Shown here: positions 44,379-51,154 of the stretch, piece by piece | Numbering within the stretch: position 1 is the stretch's first letter | Layout of the letters: each line of letters opens with the position of its first letter | Assembly (NCBI GenBank): GCA_964513975.1 | Contig: CAZEON010000002.1 | Span: 1 to 51,154, forward strand | Length of the DNA: 51,154 nucleotides | Source of the DNA: an uncultured Candidatus Peribacteria bacterium | Lineage (GTDB): Bacteria; Patescibacteriota; Gracilibacteria; UBA4473 | Reading direction: 5' to 3' | Program-made: the position numbers and the translations under genes | Notes under the pieces: model-generated | Databases searched by the model: none | Told to the model about the DNA's origin: nothing | The model's input: only the letters and a program-made list of their open reading frames with translations

Positions 44379-46940
44379 TCAACCTTTCTTTTGAGTTTCT
44401 TTAAGCTTATAAATAAGCGCTAAAGCTTCACGCGGAGAAAGATCTTCGGGGGTAATTTCGTCAATAATTTTATCACTATCGGACCGCTCCGAGTGCGAGC
44501 TACTGGCTGTGCGGAAATTGGAAAATAAATTTTCTTTTCCTGACAGTAAATTTTCTGATTCAAGTCGTGCAAGAACATTTTTTGCGTCATCAATAACACT
44601 CTTTGGAACGCCTGCATTTTCTGCAACATCAATTCCAAATGAATCTGATACACCTCCTTTCGCAATTCGGTGGAGAAATGTAATCCCATCTTCGTTTTGG
44701 GTGGCAGAAACATGAAAATTCACAGCTGATGGCAGATCTTCGATAAGATCTACAAGTTCGTGAAAATGCGTCGCGAATAAGGCTTTTGTTTTTGTCTTGT
44801 TGTGGAGAAATTCGGTAATTGCCCATGCCAGTGATATCCCATCAAAGGTTGCGGTTCCGCGTCCGATTTCGTCTAGTATCACAAAACTGTGCTCCGTAGC
44901 ACAACGCAGTATCCGAGCCGTCTCTGACATCTCTACAAAGAAAGTCGACTTCCCTCCCGCCAAGTTATCCGATGCTCCTACTCTGGTAAAAATCCGATCA
45001 AAAATCCCTGTTTCCATTTTCTTTGCAGGCACAAATGATCCAATTTGAGCGAGAAGGATGAGAATTGCATTTTGCCTGAGGAACGTAGATTTCCCAGACA
45101 TATTCGGTCCCGTGATAAGGTGGAATCGTGAAGACTCCGTGTCCATTTCTAAATCGTTCGCGATGAATCGCTCCGTAGATATTTTTTCCACGACCGGATG
45201 TCGTCCCTTTTCTATTGCAAGAACTGATGAGTTTTCTAAAATTGTCGGTTTATTCCATCGCCATTTGGAAGCCGTTCGCGACAAGGTCAGAATGGCGTCC
45301 ACTTCAGCAATCGCCTTGGCAACATTTTGAATGTGTGGGGCAAACGTCAGCACTTCTTCTCTCAACTTGTGGAAAAGGGAATGCTCCAGTTCAAAGGCTT
45401 TTGTTTCGGCTGATAAAACCTTCTCTTCGTACTCTGCGAGTTCAGGGGTTGTGAATCTTTCAGCATTGACCAAGGTCTGACGGCGCACCCAAGTTTCTGG
45501 AACATTGTCTTTTTGTCCTTGTGATACTTCGAGACAAAACCCGAAGTTTTTGGAAAATTTTATACGAAGCGTTGAGATTCCTGTTTCTCGTTTTTTTTCT
45601 GTCAGAAAGTTCTTTAACCATTCCTCGGCATTTTTTGCCATCTCACGAAGCTCGTCGAGCTCTTCGTTATATCCTTGGGCAAACATACCTCCTGCAGTAA
45701 TTTCAAGTGGTGGTGAGTCAATCAAGCTGTCCTGGAGTGTTGGGATAAGATCGTTGAGATTTGAGAACGATTCTGATTTTTCTCTGATGAGTGGAGACGT
45801 TGCATTCGCACAAACATCTCGCATCACGGGAAACATCGAAAACGAATCCCGCAAAAATGCAAGATCTCGAGAATTTCCTCTCCCCGTCACCAGCCGAGCG
45901 AGAATTCTTTCCAAATCCGCCACGGATTTGAATCCTTGTGTGAGCGTTCGTGACAAGTCGCCATTATTTTGCAATTCCTCAACCGATTCAAGTCGTTCAT
46001 TTATTTTTTCAGCAGACAAAAGTGGGGCCGCCAACCATCCATACAATTTTCGTGCTCCCATCGCCGTGCAACTTTTTTCAAACACCGACCACAGCGTTGC
46101 TTGGTTCTCATCGTTTTGAAATGGTTGAAACACTTCGAGATGTCGAAACGTTTGTGCATCCAGTTGCATGGTATCATCTGTCGAGTAGCGAGTAAGCGTG
46201 GCTACATGCGATAAATCCGCTTTTTGTGTTTCTTCTAAATACGAAAGAATTGAGGCTGATACGGTTAAGAGTAGTTCTATTTTTTCAATCCCAAACACCG
46301 ATAAATTCTTCACTCTGAAATGCGTTGTGAGAATATTTTTCGCGCTCTCTGTTTTTAATTTTTTCCTCGGCGTGGTGTGCGTGCGTGGAAGTTTCTTACA
46401 AAAGAGTTCGTCTTCAAATATATCACTCGGAATGAGAATCTCTCGTGGACTCAATCGATAGAGTTCATCGAAAAAACTAATTTCGTCTTCAAACAACGCT
46501 GTTCTGAAATCCCCTGTCGAAATATCAGAATACGCAAGCGCGTAATTTTTTTTGTCCCGATCTATAGCCACGAGAAAGGAGTTTTCTTCTGGTACCAAGT
46601 TTCCTTTTTCGAGTGACGTTCCTGGAGTTACGACCCGCATAACTTCTCTGGAAATCACTTTTGTTTCGGGATCTTCTTTTTGCTCAGCAATCGCTACTTT
46701 ATAACCCAAATCAACCAGCTTTTCTAGGTATTCTTCATGGGCATGATAGGGAAACCCACACATTGGCATTTCGTTCTCTGTCCCCTTGTGACGTGCGGTA
46801 AGCACAATCCCAAGGAGACGAGAGCAAAGCTGTGCATCCTCAAAAAACATTTCATAAAAATCTCCAAGTCTAAAGAACAAAATCGCATCTGGATTTTGCT
46901 TTCGCAGTTCCCAATATTGCCGTTGAACAGGGGTCGACAT
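44379..46940 (-). CDS. mutS: DNA mismatch repair protein MutS
   Basis: N-terminus TPVQRQYWELRKQNPDAILFFRLGDFYEMF, Walker A TGPNMSGKST, and a length of 853 aa. Confidence 0.95.
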   Translation of the reverse strand: MSTPVQRQYWELRKQNPDAILFFRLGDFYEMFFEDAQLCSRLLGIVLTARHKGTENEMPMCGFPYHAHEEYLEKLVDLGYKVAIAEQKEDPETKVISREVMRVVTPGTSLEKGNLVPEENSFLVAIDRDKKNYALAYSDISTGDFRTALFEDEISFFDELYRLSPREILIPSDIFEDELFCKKLPRTHTTPRKKLKTESAKNILTTHFRVKNLSVFGIEKIELLLTVSASILSYLEETQKADLSHVATLTRYSTDDTMQLDAQTFRHLEVFQPFQNDENQATLWSVFEKSCTAMGARKLYGWLAAPLLSAEKINERLESVEELQNNGDLSRTLTQGFKSVADLERILARLVTGRGNSRDLAFLRDSFSMFPVMRDVCANATSPLIREKSESFSNLNDLIPTLQDSLIDSPPLEITAGGMFAQGYNEELDELREMAKNAEEWLKNFLTEKKRETGISTLRIKFSKNFGFCLEVSQGQKDNVPETWVRRQTLVNAERFTTPELAEYEEKVLSAETKAFELEHSLFHKLREEVLTFAPHIQNVAKAIAEVDAILTLSRTASKWRWNKPTILENSSVLAIEKGRHPVVEKISTERFIANDLEMDTESSRFHLITGPNMSGKSTFLRQNAILILLAQIGSFVPAKKMETGIFDRIFTRVGASDNLAGGKSTFFVEMSETARILRCATEHSFVILDEIGRGTATFDGISLAWAITEFLHNKTKTKALFATHFHELVDLIEDLPSAVNFHVSATQNEDGITFLHRIAKGGVSDSFGIDVAENAGVPKSVIDDAKNVLARLESENLLSGKENLFSNFRTASSSHSERSDSDKIIDEITPEDLSPREALALIYKLKETQKKG

Positions 46941-47072
46941 TCGACACGCAAGGTAGCAATTTTTTTGAGAATTTTCAACTTTTTAACAATTCTCCCCCTA
47001 CAAGGGGGAGTTAGAGGGGGTGCTTTGTAAATATCCCACCTAGCCTCTCACCTGCGAGGAGAGGAACTTCCA

Positions 47073-47816
47073 CTACATCACTTTCTTGGCAAACATCCAA
47101 CTCATTTCAAAAATCTGTCGTTGTGTGTCGGCCACTGCTTTGGATTGAATAAGAATTGCAAAAACTTGTGGCTCGAAAGAGGTAATCAATAATTTATCGT
47201 CAAAAATATTAATTTCATTCTCAACCCAAAAGAGTTTTTGCGGGAGCAAACGAATTTCACGGAAGTATTTTTTGTCATCCGCTCGCACCATGCATCCAGG
47301 TTCATCATCGGGAGCCAGTCCTCGGAGAAACTTTTTCTTTTTCGCTCGCTTACTCACATATTGCCCGTCATAGTCAGGCCAGCGCTCTCTTAGATTTTTG
47401 GAATTGGCGTAATTGAGAATCTCTGTTCGAGATTTTAACGTTTCTTCGTACGCTTTTTTCACGCCTTCAAGTCCTTCAAAAAACTGAACTACTGGTCTCG
47501 CTTCATTCCCCCCTGCAAGCGATTTCAGAAATGGCACATCTTGTTTTAAATCTTTCGCTCGCTGGGTCACATCTTTTGCAAAAATCTCCGGCGCGATCGC
47601 CGTAAAATACTTTGTGTCTTTTTTATTTGTCTGGGTAACAAGTCCGCGCAAAAGAAGTTTTTCTAAAATCGCGTAGGTCGTAATACGATTGTATCCAGCG
47701 GTTTTTGCGATGCTGGAAACCAGCGACGTTCCATTCTCAAGTACAGCTAAATACACCTGTGCCTCTTTCTCGGATAAACCCACGTTCATAATATTTTTTA
47801 AAACCTTTTTATTCAT
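47073..47816 (-). CDS. TrmB-family transcriptional regulator
   Basis: N-terminal wHTH LGLSEKEAQVYLAVLENGTSLVSSIAKTAGYNRITTYAILEKLLLRGLV. It is divergent from glnA. Confidence 0.75.
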   Translation of the reverse strand: MNKKVLKNIMNVGLSEKEAQVYLAVLENGTSLVSSIAKTAGYNRITTYAILEKLLLRGLVTQTNKKDTKYFTAIAPEIFAKDVTQRAKDLKQDVPFLKSLAGGNEARPVVQFFEGLEGVKKAYEETLKSRTEILNYANSKNLRERWPDYDGQYVSKRAKKKKFLRGLAPDDEPGCMVRADDKKYFREIRLLPQKLFWVENEINIFDDKLLITSFEPQVFAILIQSKAVADTQRQIFEMSWMFAKKVM

Positions 47817-47992
47817 TATTCAAGTTGTAATTTTTTTCTACAGCAAATCTATTTTCATTGTTTTCTTGTGAATGAGCAAGCCTTTTTTTTATTTGTAATT
47901 TTTTCTGACACCCCTTTTTTGAGAACTAAAAATATTTGCTCCTATTGCTTAGTGAGCCAAGAATAGAACTCATAATTCTTAATTCTTTTTGT

Positions 47993-49456
47993 ATGAACCC
48001 TACCGATCCTGATGACCTTCGAAACTTTCTAGAGCTTCCTTATAGCGAACTCGAAAAAAGAAATTTAGAAATGAAAAAATTAGCTGAGAGCGGAAAACCC
48101 GACAGTTTTATTAAACAAAAAGTAATCAAATATCTTACCGATGAGACACCCGTTAAGGCCGTCACGATCTCTTTTACTGACTTAGAAGGAAAAATGCACA
48201 TGCTTGATTATGACAAGAAATTTTTCCTCGGAGGATATAACAATCTCACCTTCGATGGATCATCTGTTCATGGGCTCGCGGAATTAAAAATGTCGGATCT
48301 CAGACTCTCTCCCGACTGGAAATCATTCCGAATTTTGCCAGCAGATATTTTTGGAGCGGGGAAAGTGATGATGTTTGGATTTGTGTGCAATCATGATGGA
48401 AGTTTTTTTCCAAGTGATTTCCGAGGGCAACTTCAAAACTATGTTGATAAACTCAAGGAATCTGGAATCAAAGCAAATATGGCACCTGAAATCGAAGGAT
48501 TTTTATTTGAAGGAACAGATGTGGAACAAAAATATGACGAAGATGATGGGTTTGTGCTCGTAACCCCAGGAGGATATTTCAACGCTCTGCCAAAAGACCG
48601 CCTTCGTCAGTTCATGGATAAAGTGGCCGAAGTTCAACGTGCACTTGGATTTGAAAATGAAAAAGATCATGGAGAAGTAGCCCCATCATCATTTGAAATT
48701 AATTATAAATATACCGAAGTTATGACCGCATGCGATCAGACCTTGATGTATAAACTCACGGCCCGACAAATTGCAAAACTCATGGGATTCACTGCGTGCT
48801 TCATGCCAAAGCCTGTCATGGGCATCAATGGATCAGGAATGCATGTAAATATTAGTCTTGAGAAAGACGGGAAAAATATTTTCTTCGATGCAAAAGGCGA
48901 ACACGGAGTTTCAAGTTTGGCTGAAAAATTTATTACTGGAATTCTCTACTACGCTCCAGAACTCTGTCTCACGCTTTGTCCGAGTGTAAATTCATATCGA
49001 CGACTCGATCCAAATTTTGAAGCTCCAAATGAAATTAAGTATTCGAATTGTGATCGGAGTTCGATGGTGAGAATCCCTTTGGGGAATGAAAAATCCGCAC
49101 GAATTGAAATTCGTTCAGTCTCTCCTGATATTAACCCCTATCTCGCTATGTTTGTGATACTTCACGCAGGAATGTCTACAACTGAATTAAAACCAAAAGC
49201 CTATCAAGAAATGATTGAAAAGATACAAACACGAAGAACGAAAAAACTGTGGGCACATATTTACGATGCGATTTCTGCATTTTCAAAATCAGAATTTCTC
49301 ATGGAAATCATGGGCGAAGAAGAAATGAAAAAATACATCAAACTCAAAGAAGCCGTTGCCAATCGAAGTCCTAAAGAATTGGGCTGTCGGATAAAGCGAA
49401 GCGAGATTGTGCACCATCATGAAATCACAAACCAGATTTTGTGGAATGATTTCTAG
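47993..49456 (+). CDS. glnA: glutamine synthetase
   Basis: Carries the GINGSGMHVNISL ATP-binding signature and the NSYRRL region. The start is set at MNPTDPDD. Confidence 0.85.
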   Translation: MNPTDPDDLRNFLELPYSELEKRNLEMKKLAESGKPDSFIKQKVIKYLTDETPVKAVTISFTDLEGKMHMLDYDKKFFLGGYNNLTFDGSSVHGLAELKMSDLRLSPDWKSFRILPADIFGAGKVMMFGFVCNHDGSFFPSDFRGQLQNYVDKLKESGIKANMAPEIEGFLFEGTDVEQKYDEDDGFVLVTPGGYFNALPKDRLRQFMDKVAEVQRALGFENEKDHGEVAPSSFEINYKYTEVMTACDQTLMYKLTARQIAKLMGFTACFMPKPVMGINGSGMHVNISLEKDGKNIFFDAKGEHGVSSLAEKFITGILYYAPELCLTLCPSVNSYRRLDPNFEAPNEIKYSNCDRSSMVRIPLGNEKSARIEIRSVSPDINPYLAMFVILHAGMSTTELKPKAYQEMIEKIQTRRTKKLWAHIYDAISAFSKSEFLMEIMGEEEMKKYIKLKEAVANRSPKELGCRIKRSEIVHHHEITNQILWNDF

Positions 49457-49515
49457 AATGGATTACTCTCTCATTGACGTTTTGAGTCGAAAAGCATAAA
49501 AAGTATCCACAAAAA

Positions 49516-50457
49516 ATGGGTGAGAGAATTTTAGTAACCAATTACGAAACAGGGAAGGAAAAACCTTACCGTATTCCTTTTGTGATAAGGCTTCTTATGC
49601 TTCGATGGAAAGTGCTTCGCGAAGCGGCTCTTGTTATTGGAATAAATCCTGCTTTTCAAAAATTCGTAGGAAATTCTTGGCCTATTAAAAGGAAGCATTT
49701 TTCAGAGAATATTCATCGAGATTATCCTGCTGAAAAGGTAGATGTACCTGTCCTTCCAAGTGATGGACATCTCACTCGATCAGAAATTCCCGAAGAAGGG
49801 ATAAGTACTGTTCTTGGTCATATTAAAATTGATATTCAAAAAATGCTGGGATTAACCCAACGTCCAGAAGAACCACACGAACTCTGTAATCTTGAATTTC
49901 AAGAAGAAGTGCTGAAAGAGATGGAGGAACTTTTCAAAAAGTTCAAAGAAGGTCAGCATGATTTAGCTATTCTCGAACCTGGACACAAACACATTTGTAC
50001 CGTTCCTTTCAAAAGTACTGTAAAAAATATTTATAGAGTCGGAAAAGATGGTTCAATTCTTCCAAACAAAATTTCTAATCATAAAATCGACGAAGAAAAA
50101 TACAGTGTGGACATAGCTTTTGCACAGGAAAATTCTGATTTAAATATATTTGATGGAAACCAGCGGATGGTTTTTGTTTTGGAAACAGAAATTGATGGTG
50201 AACCAATGGAATACACGATGGTTGCTCATGCAGCAGCTTTTGTGAGTGGTATTGAATCACTCGTTGAAGTAGGAGATACAATATCTCCAGGAAAAAATAT
50301 GTTGTTTAAGTTCCATCAAGGATCAGCTCTTTCAATACTTTGGCCGAAAGAATTTTGTGAGAAATTTAAAACACTTCCTGATATTGAAACTCTCACTACA
50401 AAGAATAGAGTTCTTGAAGTATTAGAGGGACGGATTATTTATAAGAGAGTTAGTTGA
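49516..50457 (+). CDS. phosphatidylserine decarboxylase-related protein
   Basis: The C-terminal half matches the PSD pattern. LEPGHKHICTVP corresponds to L.P.DYHR.H.P, NQRMVFVLETEIDGEPMEYTMVAHAA to N.R........G....VGA, and VEVGDTISPGKNMLFKFHQGSALSILW to the G.F.xGS(T/S) self-cleavage site. The N-terminal ~130 aa are unassigned. Confidence 0.45.
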   Translation: MGERILVTNYETGKEKPYRIPFVIRLLMLRWKVLREAALVIGINPAFQKFVGNSWPIKRKHFSENIHRDYPAEKVDVPVLPSDGHLTRSEIPEEGISTVLGHIKIDIQKMLGLTQRPEEPHELCNLEFQEEVLKEMEELFKKFKEGQHDLAILEPGHKHICTVPFKSTVKNIYRVGKDGSILPNKISNHKIDEEKYSVDIAFAQENSDLNIFDGNQRMVFVLETEIDGEPMEYTMVAHAAAFVSGIESLVEVGDTISPGKNMLFKFHQGSALSILWPKEFCEKFKTLPDIETLTTKNRVLEVLEGRIIYKRVS

Positions 50458-50461
50458 AATT

Positions 50462-50500
50462 GGCTCCGGACCGCTATGGGGTCCTGAGCCTAGTTTTATT
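50462..50500 (+). terminator. intrinsic terminator after the PSD-like gene
   Basis: Hairpin GGCTCCGGACC-GCTATGG-GGTCCTGAGCC (10 bp plus one mismatch) followed by the T-rich stretch TAGTTTTATTT. Confidence 0.55.
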
Positions 50501-50525
50501 TCTCCCACTCTATTTCCCAATCGGT

Positions 50526-50588
50526 TTCACTAAAAATAATTTTCTTGTTATAATCATCTACGTAAACGAATACGTATTCGAATACGTA
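50526..50588 (+). promoter_or_regulatory. promoter (-35 TTCACT, 17-bp spacer, extended -10 TGtTATAAT) followed by an operator array of three TACGTA hexamers at 12-bp spacing
   Basis: The -10 element is at 50549-50554. TACGTA occurs at 50559, 50571 and 50583. A 14-bp perfect palindrome CGAATACGTATTCG lies at 50567-50580. The direct repeat CGAATACGTA occurs at 50567 and 50579. Confidence 0.5.
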
Positions 50589-50601
50589 CTTAATAAATAC
50601 T

Positions 50602-50778
50602 ATAGCACGTCCAAAAACCGCATCTGAACCAGTCCGTAAGCTCACCAAAGTTGGAGGAGGTAGCTACTATGTTACCATTCCTCTAGATTATATTCGAGAA
50701 TTTGGTTGGCGAGAACACCAAAAAGTGGTGGTTACAAAAAGAGGAAAGAAATTGATTATTGAGGATTGGGAAAAGTAG
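50602..50778 (+). CDS. AbrB/MazE/SpoVT-family DNA-binding protein; no canonical start codon (frame opens after the TAA at 50563, first plausible codon is ATA)
   Basis: Hand-translated sequence (ATA)ARPKTASEPVRKLTKVGGGSYYVTIPLDYIREFGWREHQKVVVTKRGKKLIIEDWEK. It carries the swapped-hairpin motif K.GGS..VTIP. It is below the track cutoff. Confidence 0.45.
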   Translation: MARPKTASEPVRKLTKVGGGSYYVTIPLDYIREFGWREHQKVVVTKRGKKLIIEDWEK

Positions 50779-50895
50779 AACTGAAGGTTGATCCCTTACG
50801 GGTTCAGGGCTACGTCCTGAACCTCTTGTTTCCTATTTGTGCTGAAATTTAAACACAAGCATTGCTGGTTCAATTTTGCAAATTGAACCCATAGT

Positions 50896-51111
50896 TTAAA
50901 GTAACTCCGAAATCACGATCTTCGTTGGAATTTTGCACGCAGATGACCAACCCCAATCTTCGGGTGTATGAACATATTGTTTTTGTACCGGATTGAGATG
51001 AATATAATTCATCTTTTGCTCTAAAAAAGAATCACTTAGTATCTGTTTTGGTGAATTTGAATTTTCCCAAAAAGAATAGCCTTGTTCGTTTTGGAAAATT
51101 TTTAGGTTCAA
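50896..51111 (-). pseudogene. REP-associated tyrosine transposase (RAYT)/IS200-like Y1 transposase, C-terminal fragment
   Basis: The stretch FWENS...MNYIHLNPVQKQYVHTPEDWGWSS matches the RAYT C-terminal catalytic-Tyr region (YIHxNPV...PEDYxWSS). The frame is closed upstream by a TAG at 51133-51135, so the HUH half is missing or frameshifted. The window ends at 51154. Confidence 0.55.
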
Positions 51112-51154
51112 GATAACTTGAGAGGTTTTTTTCTAAGTATTTTTAGTATTATAG

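Noticed and set aside
50867-50889. GGTTCAATT hairpin as a tRNA fragment or att site, because it shares 9 nt with the tRNA-Met T-arm
   Set aside because: Only the GGTTCAATT nonamer is shared and no acceptor-stem sequence follows. The perfect 10-bp palindrome fits a REP-like hairpin next to the RAYT fragment better.
1-51154. Alternative genetic code (UGA or UAG reassignment, as in some CPR lineages and their phages)
   Set aside because: Large conserved genes (topA, mutS, uvrC, cysS, purB, glnA) are uninterrupted in the standard code and end at all three stop codons. The single in-frame TAG in the DUF559 gene is better explained as a nonsense mutation.

Overview
This is an AT-rich, gene-dense bacterial window that reads cleanly in the standard genetic code. 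Long ORFs such as topA, mutS, uvrC and cysS are uninterrupted, and TAA, TAG and TGA all terminate good genes. The small housekeeping set, many starts without a Shine-Dalgarno sequence, short AT-rich intergenic word repeats, Flp-type pilin genes and a MurL/MurD-type wall gene pair suggest a Patescibacteria/CPR-like genome; that placement is inference only.

Core genes:
- Redox and biosynthesis: a 2-oxoacid oxidoreductase (fused gamma-alpha subunit plus beta subunit) with a flavodoxin, aroD, folE-folK plus an SMR-like gene, purB, folB, glnA, and a PSD-like gene.
- DNA and RNA functions: topA, tRNA-Met(CAU), cysS, holB, tsaD, uvrC, yraN, gmk and mutS.
- Envelope and other: a PBP5-type carboxypeptidase, a ZIP transporter and a TrmB-type regulator.

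Accessory content:
1. An approximately 11.6-kb island (about 8.0-19.6 kb) abuts the tRNA. It carries a large serine recombinase, a block of unknown genes with a small alarmone hydrolase (HD/RSH type), a Type III mod-res pair and TerS-like plus Zn-ribbon genes.
2. An exact 148-bp structured element is inserted at the very start of res. It is repeated next to an IS200-type tnpA at 28.3-29.0 kb.
3. A second restriction-modification locus has two methyltransferases and a small PD-(D/E)xK protein (38.2-40.5 kb).
4. A minimal Flp/Tad pilin locus includes an unannotated 53-aa flp gene (34.9-37.0 kb).
5. A translationally coupled murL-like/murD pair lies at 41.4-43.9 kb.
6. Smaller items: a DUF559 gene with an in-frame TAG, an orphan DinJ-type antitoxin, an AbrB-type gene with an operator array but no canonical start codon, and a RAYT-like fragment with REP-like hairpins.

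I found no rRNA and no CRISPR array. Most other ORFs in the six-frame track are antisense shadows of the genes listed.
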